A stretch of DNA of 64,000 bases from Patescibacteria group bacterium (lineage in GTDB: Bacteria; Patescibacteriota; Patescibacteriia; UBA1558; S5-K13): the NCBI GenBank assembly GCA_028692545.1, contig JAQUXC010000003.1, positions 47,827 to 111,826 of the forward strand, written 5' to 3'. How positions within the stretch are numbered: position 1 is the stretch's first letter; every line of letters begins with the position of its first letter. The position numbers and the translations under genes are program-made. Shown here in pieces: positions 1 through 12,728 of the stretch. The notes beneath the pieces were generated by a model. It was not told the DNA's origin, ran no database searches, and saw only the letters and a program-made list of their open reading frames with translations.

Positions 1-1
1 T

Positions 2-1825
2 AAGGAAATAAATTTTGATACAAAAATAAAATCAAAAGATGAAATTAAATTAAAGGTAGATATAGAAAATAAAGAAGTATGCTGTAGATATATGGGGGTT
101 GTTGTAAAAGATATAGAAATACTTCCTTCCCCAGAATGGATTTCTAAATCACTTGAGAGAGTTGGGATAAGATCCATAAACAATATTGTAGATATTACAA
201 ATTTTATAATGCTAGAGCTTGGTCAGCCACTTCATGCATTTGATTTAGAAAATATTGAAGATGAAAAAATTATTGTAAGAAATGCAAAAGAAGGGGAAAA
301 ATTTGTTACACTAGACAATGAGACAAGAATTCTTACAAAAGAAGATTTGTTAATTTGTGATAGCAAAAAACCAATTGCTTTGGCAGGGGTAATGGGAGGA
401 CAAAATAGTCAAATTACAAATAATACAAAATCAATACTTATAGAATCTGCAAACTTTGATGCAAGTACTATTAGAAAAACTTCTTCAAGATTGGGACTTA
501 GAACAGATTCAAGTAGTAGATTTGAAAAATCATTAGATCCAAATTTGGCAAATGATGCAATCTGTAGATCAATAGAGCTTATAAAAAAATTAAGTCCAAA
601 AAGTTATATTGCAAGTCAATTGGTAGATGAAAATTTTTCAAAAGAAAAAAATATAATAATAAATTTAGATATAGAATTTGTAAACAAAAAAATAGGAGAA
701 GAGTTACCAAGAAAGACTATTATAGAAATTCTTACAAGATTGGGATTTTTTGTAAAAGATAAAAAAGAATTTTTAGAAGTTTTGGTTCCTAGTTATCGTG
801 CTGGGGGAGATGTTAGTATTGCTGAGGATTTAATTGAAGAAATATCTAGAATTTATGGATATGATAATATCAAACCACAATTACCAAGTGTTTTATTAGA
901 AGCTCCTTTTAGAGATAAATATATTTGGATAGAAAGAACTATAAAAGATATAGTTTCAGGAAATTTGGATTACAATGAGGTATATAATTATTCTATGATT
1001 TCAGAAGACGATATTTTTAAATTAAAAGATAAAAAAGATGATTATATAGAAATAGCAAACGCGGTTTCAAAAAATTTAAAATATTTGAGAAATAATCTTC
1101 TTGTAAATTTGTGTAAAAATATATATGAAAATTTGAAGAATTTTGATAATTTTAAAATTTTTGAAATAGGAAGAATTTTTGCAAAAAGTGACGGAAGATT
1201 TAAAGTATCTAAAGATTCTAAAGAATTTTTACCAAAGCAAGATAAAAATTTGGCAATGGCTATGGTTGGAAATTTATTTGAATTTTTTGAATTAAAAAAA
1301 GATGTGGAACTTTTACTTCATAGATTAAATGTTGAGTATTGTACAACTCCTTGTGATAATATATATTTTGACAAAGAAGTATCTTTGAAATATTTTGTAG
1401 ATGACATGGAAATTGGTTGTGTAGGAAAATTGGACAAAGAAATATTGAAAAATTTTGATATAGAAAAAGATGTTTTCTATGTAGAATTCAATACAACAAT
1501 TTTGGTAAAATCTTCACATGATATGAAAAAATATCAACCAATATCAAAATATCCAAAAATGATTCAAGATATTTCTATGTTGGTTTCATATAACTATAAG
1601 TGGCAAGATATTGAAAATAGGATAAATTCTATTTCTCCACTTATAGAAGATGTAGATTTATTTGATGTATATGATGGAGATAAAATAGAAAAAGGAAACA
1701 GATCATTGGCATGCCACATTACATTTCACGATTCTACAAGAACTCTAGTTAGTGAAGAAGTGGAAAAAATTATGAAAAATGTAAGAGAAATGCTTGTAAA
1801 AGATTTTAAAGTAAAAATAAGATAA
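2..1825 (+). CDS. pheT: Phenylalanine--tRNA ligase beta subunit (5'-truncated by window edge)
   Basis: B3/B4 motifs (INNIVDITNF, GQPLHAFD, LAGVMGG, SSRFEK), B5 motif (DLIEEISRIYGY), C-terminal FDX-ACB domain; frame is open back to position 2. Confidence 0.97.
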   Translation, partial: KEINFDTKIKSKDEIKLKVDIENKEVCCRYMGVVVKDIEILPSPEWISKSLERVGIRSINNIVDITNFIMLELGQPLHAFDLENIEDEKIIVRNAKEGEKFVTLDNETRILTKEDLLICDSKKPIALAGVMGGQNSQITNNTKSILIESANFDASTIRKTSSRLGLRTDSSSRFEKSLDPNLANDAICRSIELIKKLSPKSYIASQLVDENFSKEKNIIINLDIEFVNKKIGEELPRKTIIEILTRLGFFVKDKKEFLEVLVPSYRAGGDVSIAEDLIEEISRIYGYDNIKPQLPSVLLEAPFRDKYIWIERTIKDIVSGNLDYNEVYNYSMISEDDIFKLKDKKDDYIEIANAVSKNLKYLRNNLLVNLCKNIYENLKNFDNFKIFEIGRIFAKSDGRFKVSKDSKEFLPKQDKNLAMAMVGNLFEFFELKKDVELLLHRLNVEYCTTPCDNIYFDKEVSLKYFVDDMEIGCVGKLDKEILKNFDIEKDVFYVEFNTTILVKSSHDMKKYQPISKYPKMIQDISMLVSYNYKWQDIENRINSISPLIEDVDLFDVYDGDKIEKGNRSLACHITFHDSTRTLVSEEVEKIMKNVREMLVKDFKVKIR

Positions 1826-1826
1826 A

Positions 1827-1890
1827 TAAGCTATCAGCTATCAGTTTTTAGGATCTGACAGCTAAAAGTTAAATAGCTAACAGTTAACTA
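1827..1890. repeat. Degenerate 7-bp tandem repeats (AGCTATC / TAGCTAA-like)
   Basis: agctatc agctatc ag ... acagcta aaagtta aatagcta acagtta in the intergenic space. Confidence 0.55.
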
Positions 1891-1891
1891 T

Positions 1892-2275
1892 ATGTATGAA
1901 ATAAAAAAAATAGTTCCATTTTCATTTGCAAAATATGTCGCACTTATATTTTTGATGTTGGGATTTTTTTCTTATCTTTTTAGTTTTTTGTATGATTTTG
2001 TAAATTCACCAGAAGATTTTAAAACAAATTTTACAGCAGATTTTGCTAGAAATTTATCTATTTCTTTTGTAGTAGATCTATTGTCTATATATATACTTTC
2101 TTTTGTAATAACCTATTTGTTTATAGTTGTTTACAATTATATTGTAAGAAAAACGAAGATGAGAGGAATAGTCTTGGAATTTGATTTGGTGGATGATTCT
2201 ATTTTAGAAAAAAAAGATGATTTAGAAAAGGAGAATCAAGAAAATATTAAAAAAGATGATAAATTTGTAGTATAA
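1892..2275 (+). CDS. Small membrane protein (2 TM)
   Basis: 127-aa ORF with two hydrophobic segments. Confidence 0.7.
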   Translation: MYEIKKIVPFSFAKYVALIFLMLGFFSYLFSFLYDFVNSPEDFKTNFTADFARNLSISFVVDLLSIYILSFVITYLFIVVYNYIVRKTKMRGIVLEFDLVDDSILEKKDDLEKENQENIKKDDKFVV

Positions 2276-2376
2276 AATACTATAAATTCAAAACAAAAAA
2301 CCACTTGTGTTTTAAGTAGTTTTTTGTTAAAATAAGGGTAGAATCTGAAAGATTTTGTTTTTTATTTATCTCATAA

Positions 2377-4458
<2,082 letters not shown>

Positions 4459-4469
4459 TTAGCAAGATT

Positions 4470-4787
4470 ATGGGAAACCCATTTTTATTGCAAGCTTGTT
4501 TGAAATTGGACAAAAGTGAAATGCCAAATTCTTTTGAAATTGGCAAAGAATATAGTTTTGCCAAAAAAGGACATAGAATTTATCAAATAAAAGTTCCTAT
4601 GGATCTACGAGATAATTTTTGGAATGCGTATGGAAGGTGTGTAATAACAAAATACACATTAGGAAATGATGAAACAATAGGAACTTATGTAATAGTAAAA
4701 ATATTTGATAGTGAACAAGCAAAACATGTTACAAATACTTATGTATCAGATGAAGAAGTTTGTAATATTTTAAAAAATACAAAATAA
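4470..4787 (+). CDS. Hypothetical protein
   Basis: 105-aa ORF tightly packed in the operon. Confidence 0.65.
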   Translation: MGNPFLLQACLKLDKSEMPNSFEIGKEYSFAKKGHRIYQIKVPMDLRDNFWNAYGRCVITKYTLGNDETIGTYVIVKIFDSEQAKHVTNTYVSDEEVCNILKNTK

Positions 4788-4788
4788 A

Positions 4789-5331
4789 ATGTCAGTAAAT
4801 ATTACTTATTTTGTTCATGGGACAACAATAGATAATGAAAAAGATTTGGCTTCTGGTTGGTGTGACACTGATTTGTCGGAGTTAGGAGTAAAACAATCTA
4901 TAGAATTAAAAGAATGCATCAAAAACAAGAAATTTGATGTTGTTTTTTGTTCGGATTTAATTAGAGCAGTTCATAGTGCAGAGTTAACATTTAAAAATAT
5001 AGAAATAATAAAAGACAAAAGACTTAGAGAATGTAATTATGGATATTTTACTAGAAAAAAATCCAGTGAATTTAAAAATAGATTAAATAATTTTATAGAA
5101 AATCCGTTTCCAAATGGAGAAAGCTATTATGATGTAGAAAATAGAGTAAGAGAACTTGTAAAATATTTGAAAGATAATTATAATAACAAAAATATTGCAA
5201 TTGTATGTCACCAAGCGCCTCAATTAGCACTTGATGTAATTTTGAAAAATATGACTTGGCTTGAGGCAATTGATAATGACTGGAGAATTACTCATTCTTG
5301 GCAACCTGGCTGGGAATATGTGATTGAGTAA
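4789..5331 (+). CDS. Histidine phosphatase (phosphoglycerate mutase-like) family protein
   Basis: xHG motif (VHG), SDLxRA, LRECNYG, GES, VCH. Confidence 0.88.
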   Translation: MSVNITYFVHGTTIDNEKDLASGWCDTDLSELGVKQSIELKECIKNKKFDVVFCSDLIRAVHSAELTFKNIEIIKDKRLRECNYGYFTRKKSSEFKNRLNNFIENPFPNGESYYDVENRVRELVKYLKDNYNNKNIAIVCHQAPQLALDVILKNMTWLEAIDNDWRITHSWQPGWEYVIE

Positions 5332-5349
5332 TATAATAATATAAAAGAT

Positions 5350-5378
5350 AAGACCGGGGGTTTATTCCCGGTCTTTTT
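5350..5378. terminator. Bidirectional intrinsic terminator
   Basis: aagaccggg ... cccggtctt followed by a T-run, between convergent genes. Confidence 0.8.
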
Positions 5379-5402
5379 GTATTTTTTACTTCTTTTTTGT
5401 AT

Positions 5403-6887
5403 TTACATTATTTGTTCTAAGATTGCTTCTGCCCAGTCAGCAACTTCATTAGCTTTTTCTGGGGCCAATCCTATATACATACTAGGATTAGATAATAAAG
5501 ATTTTATCTCATCTGGTATATTAGTCGTTGCTTCTGCAACTTTTTCATCTCCTTGGGAATATGTAGTTAGCGCTTCCATTAGACTTATTTTGTTTTGAGA
5601 TGCTATTTTCATTAGTATTTTATTGACGAGCCTATGAGCATCTCCTGTATAACCGGCCATTTGAAGGGCTATATATATAGGCTCACCAAGTACAGTGTCA
5701 GCACTCATTTGAAGATTCTTCAGACAATAATCTTCATTGATAAAGATTCGTTTGAGGAAGGAATCTTTTTTTGTTTCTTCATCAAGTCTGTTGAGTGTAT
5801 TGAGTTGAACTTGAAGATTGACAGGTATGGTTGGCAAGGATCTCAGAAGAGAACTACCAGTTAGATCTCTTTGGTGCTCAGATATAATGGTGTCAAATAC
5901 ATTACCGTATATATTCTTTGACATAAGATACATACCTTCCATGTTTTCAAAGCTGATGGGATTTCTTTTGTTTGCCATGGTAGAGGAGCCATCTTGGTCT
6001 TTGGAAAATGGTTCAGTTATCTCTGATATTTCCGTTCTCATAAGGTGACGGCAGTCTCTTCCAAGTTGAGCTATAGAGCCACTTGTGAGAACTATGTCAT
6101 GAAGAAATCTTGCAGACGGTTCAGGTGGGAGTATTTGTGTACTTATGAGAGATGGTTTCATTCCGAGGTATTTAAGAACACAAATTTCAAAGTTTGTGGT
6201 CTTATTAAATCCTAAGTGTTCTTGGGCGTTGTACGTCCCAACTGCACCAGATATTTTTCCGCACAATTGTCGGAAGTGTCTGTCCATTTCAACTAAATTG
6301 GATACAATTCTAAAAAGAATTGTTGCAAACCAGAAACCAACAGTAATTGGGAGTGCGTGTTGGCCATGAGTTCTTCCAATTTGTTTAATGTCAGAATACT
6401 TTCTGACCATAGATATGAGATCTCTCACTGTAGAGCGAATAGATGGGTTTAGCACATTATAATATGCCAAACGATATATATAAGCTCTTCCAGTGTCTAA
6501 TGCGTCATAACTTGTCAGTGGTACGTGAATCCATTTGCCAATTTCAGGTCCAACTATTTCCTGTATAATTTGAACCAATGCTCTGATATCATGTTTTGTT
6601 TTCTCTCTCTCCAAGGTTTCTATTTGAGTTCCAGTGATACTTAGCATTTTGTGAATTTTGTCGTTCGTTAGTAATTTAGCTTCTGATTCCGGGATAATTT
6701 TAGTTTCTATCAGTGCTAATAAATTTGCTACCTCAACCAGTATTGCACCAGTGTAGGTAACGTCATGACCAAAATATGGTTTCAGTTGAGTTGGTTGATA
6801 TCTTGGAATGCCAGGCATCATAAGATTACTCATGGATTTTAAGATATCTTCATTAGGCCAAACTATTGGTATATTTTTTGGTATCAT
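5403..6887 (-). CDS. purB: Adenylosuccinate lyase (fumarase/lyase superfamily)
   Basis: TKHD, GRTHGQHA, GAVGT, SSTMANKRNP signature, EHQRDLT. Confidence 0.88.
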   Translation of the reverse strand: MIPKNIPIVWPNEDILKSMSNLMMPGIPRYQPTQLKPYFGHDVTYTGAILVEVANLLALIETKIIPESEAKLLTNDKIHKMLSITGTQIETLEREKTKHDIRALVQIIQEIVGPEIGKWIHVPLTSYDALDTGRAYIYRLAYYNVLNPSIRSTVRDLISMVRKYSDIKQIGRTHGQHALPITVGFWFATILFRIVSNLVEMDRHFRQLCGKISGAVGTYNAQEHLGFNKTTNFEICVLKYLGMKPSLISTQILPPEPSARFLHDIVLTSGSIAQLGRDCRHLMRTEISEITEPFSKDQDGSSTMANKRNPISFENMEGMYLMSKNIYGNVFDTIISEHQRDLTGSSLLRSLPTIPVNLQVQLNTLNRLDEETKKDSFLKRIFINEDYCLKNLQMSADTVLGEPIYIALQMAGYTGDAHRLVNKILMKIASQNKISLMEALTTYSQGDEKVAEATTNIPDEIKSLLSNPSMYIGLAPEKANEVADWAEAILEQIM

Positions 6888-6993
6888 GGTATTACTCCTT
6901 TATTTAATTTTTAAATATCTGCCTAAAAATTATCATATTTACAGCTCAAAGTAAAGTTGTACCCAGCGGGTGACCCACCGGGTGATTTGAATA

Positions 6994-7022
6994 TTGACAC
7001 TATGTTTTTTTCGAGATATTAT
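6994..7022 (+). promoter_or_regulatory. Sigma70-type promoter of groESL
   Basis: TTGACA (6994-6999), 17 bp, TATTAT (7017-7022). Confidence 0.65.
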
Positions 7023-7031
7023 AATAAGTAC

Positions 7032-7058
7032 TTAGCACTCCAATATTATAAGTGCTAA
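7032..7058 (+). promoter_or_regulatory. CIRCE element (HrcA operator)
   Basis: TTAGCACTC-N9-AAGTGCTAA, one mismatch to the consensus TTAGCACTC-N9-GAGTGCTAA, directly upstream of groES. Confidence 0.93.
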
Positions 7059-7090
7059 AAATAAATATCTAATAATTAATAAATAAAGCT

Positions 7091-7381
7091 ATGAAATTAA
7101 AGCCAATATTTGACAATATTGTTGTCAAAAAAATTGAAGAAACAGAAACAACAAAGTCTGGCATAATAATGCCTGATACAATTGATAAAGAAAAGCCACA
7201 AAAAGGTGAAGTTGTTGCAGTTGGATCTGGTAAGATTTCTTTGGAAGGAAAAACAATTCCAATGGAACTAAAAATTGGAGATAGGGTATTATTTAGAAAA
7301 TATTCTCCAGATGAAATAAAAATTGATGGAGAGGAATATCTTGTAATGACTCAAAGTGATGTAATCGCAATTTTGGAATAA
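7091..7381 (+). CDS. groES: Co-chaperonin GroES
   Basis: LKPIFD, TKSGII, GEVVAVGSG, VLFRKY. Confidence 0.97.
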   Translation: MKLKPIFDNIVVKKIEETETTKSGIIMPDTIDKEKPQKGEVVAVGSGKISLEGKTIPMELKIGDRVLFRKYSPDEIKIDGEEYLVMTQSDVIAILE

Positions 7382-7395
7382 TTCACAACTATTAA

Positions 7396-9090
<1,695 letters not shown>

Positions 9091-9113
9091 AAAGCTAAAA
9101 ATATATTTTTACA

Positions 9114-9150
9114 AAAACTCCCAAGTTATACGACCTGGGAGTTTTGTTTT
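9114..9150 (+). terminator. Intrinsic terminator after groEL
   Basis: aaaactccca ... tgggagtttt followed by gtttt. Confidence 0.8.
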
Positions 9151-9208
9151 ATTGTAAATTTATCTTATAATATATATAAGAGTTTTAAAAAACTGCAATT
9201 TTATTTTT

Positions 9209-10009
9209 ATGAATTTTATTGATGAAAATGAAAAGAGTATGAGTAATCTTTTGGATATAGAAAATTCAATTTCTAATGATAATTTTAGTGTTGGCAAAGA
9301 ATATAAAAATCAAATTAATGAAGATAAAGAATCTCTTCTTTTGAAAATGAAAGCACTCTCTAAAACCATGAAAGATTATGAAATAAAAAAGAAAAACAAA
9401 AATATAAGTTTACTTCTTAGTAATATGATAAATGTTGAAACAGGGGAGGATAATTCTATTTTATATGGTATAGAAAATCATGACGAGTTATTTAATAATG
9501 AAGATGGAATTACGAAAGAAGAATTAAAACAAAGAATTTCTCAATTTTCTCCAAGAGTAGAAAATAAAAAAGATATTATTTTAAAAAATGAAAAAACTGA
9601 TCAAAATAGCACATTGAATTGGTATATCAAAATTTCTTGGTTACCAGTTTTTTTTATTAGTTTATTTAATTTTTTATTATTACTTATAGATCATTATGTA
9701 GTTTTGGGAAACAAATTTGCTACGAATTTTGTTTCTTTGTATTTATGGAAAATGCCTTTTGAAATTTTTGTTTTTTTATTATTAAGTGTTTATATATCTA
9801 GAAAAATCAAACAGACTCCTGTGGTTTCAGGGCTTGCTTGTGCCTTTGTTGGGTTTGAATCAGGGGTAATTATTGCTCTAATGCAACTTTTTTTCTATAG
9901 AGATATGTGGAATATATTCAATTTATCTCTTGAGGGAATATTTTTGGCAGTTAATGGTGCTGTGGTGGGTTTTATATTAGGCGCAATATTTTTTGAAGTT
10001 AAAAAATAA
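9209..10009 (+). CDS. Membrane protein (soluble N-terminal half, about 4 C-terminal TM)
   Basis: Hydropathy pattern. Confidence 0.7.
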   Translation: MNFIDENEKSMSNLLDIENSISNDNFSVGKEYKNQINEDKESLLLKMKALSKTMKDYEIKKKNKNISLLLSNMINVETGEDNSILYGIENHDELFNNEDGITKEELKQRISQFSPRVENKKDIILKNEKTDQNSTLNWYIKISWLPVFFISLFNFLLLLIDHYVVLGNKFATNFVSLYLWKMPFEIFVFLLLSVYISRKIKQTPVVSGLACAFVGFESGVIIALMQLFFYRDMWNIFNLSLEGIFLAVNGAVVGFILGAIFFEVKK

Positions 10010-10021
10010 TCCAAATAATTT

Positions 10022-10318
10022 ATGTTAAAAAATTTGTCAAAAGAAAAAATTGCAGCTATGAGTTATTTGTGGATACTTTGTTTTATACCATTTATTATAA
10101 GTAAAGATGAATTTGTAAGATTTCATGCAAAACAAGGTTTTGTTTTGTTTGTTATAGAGGTTTTACTTGTTTTTGTTGGATGGATACCTATTATAGGTCA
10201 GATTTTGATAGTTCTTATAATAATAACAGCAGTACTTGGATTTAGAAGTGCGATAGAGGGAAAAAAATGGGAAATTCCTTTTGTTTATGAATTATCAAAA
10301 AAAATTAATATAAAATAA
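10022..10318 (+). CDS. DUF4870-like small membrane protein
   Basis: AAMSYL...FVRFHAKQG...GKKWEIP pattern. Confidence 0.75.
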   Translation: MLKNLSKEKIAAMSYLWILCFIPFIISKDEFVRFHAKQGFVLFVIEVLLVFVGWIPIIGQILIVLIIITAVLGFRSAIEGKKWEIPFVYELSKKINIK

Positions 10319-10321
10319 TTT

Positions 10322-11752
10322 ATGAAAAGAACCAAAATTGTTGCAACAATAGGGCCTTCATCAAGTGATTATAAGGTTTTGCTTAAAATGGCAAAATCTG
10401 GTATGAACGTTTGTCGATTGAATTTTTCTCATGGATCTTATAAAAATCATTTGGAACTTATAAATAATATAAAAAAAGTTCGAAAAACATTGAATGAGCC
10501 AATAACTATAATGCAAGATTTACAAGGCCCAAAAATTAGAGTCTCTGATGTCTCTCGTGATGGTGTGAGAGTTATTAAGGATGAGCAAATAATACTTATA
10601 CATGATAAAATAGTAAATTATAAATTATTAGTAGGTTCTGATTATAAAATAATTCCAGTATCATTTCCAATTCATAGTGTAGTCAAAAAAAATAATAATA
10701 TTTTGGTTCATGATGGACTTATAAAATTACGTGTTATAAAGTTAGAAAAAGATTTGGTTTATTGCAAGGTTTTCAATTCAGGAATCATTTTTCCTCACAA
10801 AGGCATAAATATTCCAGGTGTAGATATTGTAGGAAGTGCTATTACAAAAAAAGATGTTGAAGATTTGAAATTTGGTTTGAATCATGATATAGATTGGGTC
10901 GCACTTTCCTTTGTAAAAGATCATAAAGATATATTAAAAATCAAAAAATTGATAAAAAAGTATAAGCCAGGAATGGATGTAAAGGTGATGGCAAAAATAG
11001 AAAAGCCAGAAGCGGTAAAAGATATAAAAAAAATTATAAATATTTCTGATGGAATAATGGTTGCAAGAGGTGATTTGGGGGTAGAGCTTAGCGTAGAAAA
11101 GGTTCCTATTGTTCAAAAAGATATAATCAGAAAATGTATTGAGGCTGGCAAGGTTGTTGTGGTAGCAACTCAAATGCTAGAGTCGATGGTTGAAAATAGT
11201 CAACCTACACGCGCAGAGGTGTCTGATGTTGCAAATGCAGTAATAGATCACGCAGATGCTCTTATGTTATCAGGGGAAACAGCCTACGGAAAATATCCAG
11301 TAGAATCAGTTTCTATAATGAGTGAAGTTATTACAAATACAGAAAATTCTCCATATGATGATGATTTGAAATTGATAGATTCAAATAAAACCAGTAATGT
11401 ATTAGCATTATCAGAATCTGTAAAAGATTTGGTTTTAAACTCAAAAGCAAAAGTTATAGTTGTAGCTACTAATTCTGGATTTTCTGCAAAGATGATTTCA
11501 AGATATAGACCTGAAACCCCTATTATAGCCCTTGTAAATAGTGACAAAGTAAAAAGGCAATTGAATATTTCTTGGGGAATAATTTCCTTTGATATGCCAA
11601 AATGTAAAGATATAAATGTTTTGATAAATAAATCAGTAAAATTAATAAAAGATAAAAAAATTGTGAAAAAAGGTGATCTAGCTGTTATTGTTACGGGTCA
11701 GCCAGTTGGATTAAAAGAAAATATGAATATTATAAAGTTACAAAATATTTAA
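10322..11752 (+). CDS. pyk: Pyruvate kinase
   Basis: TKIVATIGP, RLNFSHG, DLQGPKIR, MVARGDLG, ATQMLESM, MLSGETA. Confidence 0.97.
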   Translation: MKRTKIVATIGPSSSDYKVLLKMAKSGMNVCRLNFSHGSYKNHLELINNIKKVRKTLNEPITIMQDLQGPKIRVSDVSRDGVRVIKDEQIILIHDKIVNYKLLVGSDYKIIPVSFPIHSVVKKNNNILVHDGLIKLRVIKLEKDLVYCKVFNSGIIFPHKGINIPGVDIVGSAITKKDVEDLKFGLNHDIDWVALSFVKDHKDILKIKKLIKKYKPGMDVKVMAKIEKPEAVKDIKKIINISDGIMVARGDLGVELSVEKVPIVQKDIIRKCIEAGKVVVVATQMLESMVENSQPTRAEVSDVANAVIDHADALMLSGETAYGKYPVESVSIMSEVITNTENSPYDDDLKLIDSNKTSNVLALSESVKDLVLNSKAKVIVVATNSGFSAKMISRYRPETPIIALVNSDKVKRQLNISWGIISFDMPKCKDINVLINKSVKLIKDKKIVKKGDLAVIVTGQPVGLKENMNIIKLQNI

Positions 11753-11801
11753 AAAATCATTTTTAGAATTAGTATTTTAAAAATAAAAGATAAAAAATAT
11801 A

Positions 11802-12689
11802 ATGAAACAATTTAAAACAAGATTTTTAGTCATTATACTTCTTATTTATGCTTCTGGTATGAGTTTTTTTCTTGTCCATTCTATGAGCTATGAGTATTCT
11901 TTTTTTTCAGAAGATACAAAAAAAGAATCAAATTGGAAATTGGTTCCTATATATGATGTGTTTTTAGACATAGAACAAGATTACAATAAAGAAATATCTA
12001 TAGTAATTTCTACAAGAGATTTATATAAGTGTGGGGATATTTATTACAATACAGATATAAAAGATAATATTATTAATATAAGCCTTCAAAATATTATTTT
12101 AAAAAGAAAATGTAATAAATATTTAAATAACCCTTCTGTAATAGAAAAAATTCCTGCTATTATGTATGAAAAAGGAGAAAGTATTATATTAAAAATAAGT
12201 TCAAATCAAGGAACAAATTCTTATTTATTTTCTTTTGTAGATGGTTATTTGAATATATCTGATTCAATACAAAGTCAGGACGATAATGCAGATATTAACG
12301 TAAAAACAAATAGTTTTTCAAGATTTACAAAAAATAAATATGTGCTTATTACAGATGATATTGTTAGAATAAGAGGAGATTATTTTTCTAATAAAGGTAA
12401 AAAAATGTTTGAAGATTTAATGTCAAATATAAAAGGTGAGGCAGTGGACATAAATGAATCTGATGTTGCTATAAAAGATATGTTGGATAGTTCATTTGAT
12501 ACAGACGCATATATTGATATAAAATATTTTAAAATTCCAAATAATAATGAATATTTGAAAAAATTAATGATGGATAATAAAGAAAATGACTGTTATTTAG
12601 AAAAAATAGATCAATCAAAATGTTTATCTCTTGATATAAGGACTGCAAATGGATATAGATATTGTACATGGCTTGACGTAAAATATTAA
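11802..12689 (+). CDS. Hypothetical secreted or membrane-anchored protein
   Basis: N-terminal hydrophobic segment, 295 aa. Confidence 0.65.
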   Translation: MKQFKTRFLVIILLIYASGMSFFLVHSMSYEYSFFSEDTKKESNWKLVPIYDVFLDIEQDYNKEISIVISTRDLYKCGDIYYNTDIKDNIINISLQNIILKRKCNKYLNNPSVIEKIPAIMYEKGESIILKISSNQGTNSYLFSFVDGYLNISDSIQSQDDNADINVKTNSFSRFTKNKYVLITDDIVRIRGDYFSNKGKKMFEDLMSNIKGEAVDINESDVAIKDMLDSSFDTDAYIDIKYFKIPNNNEYLKKLMMDNKENDCYLEKIDQSKCLSLDIRTANGYRYCTWLDVKY

Positions 12690-12728
12690 TTATTAAATAT
12701 ATCCAGATTAACTGGATAATAAAAAAAT

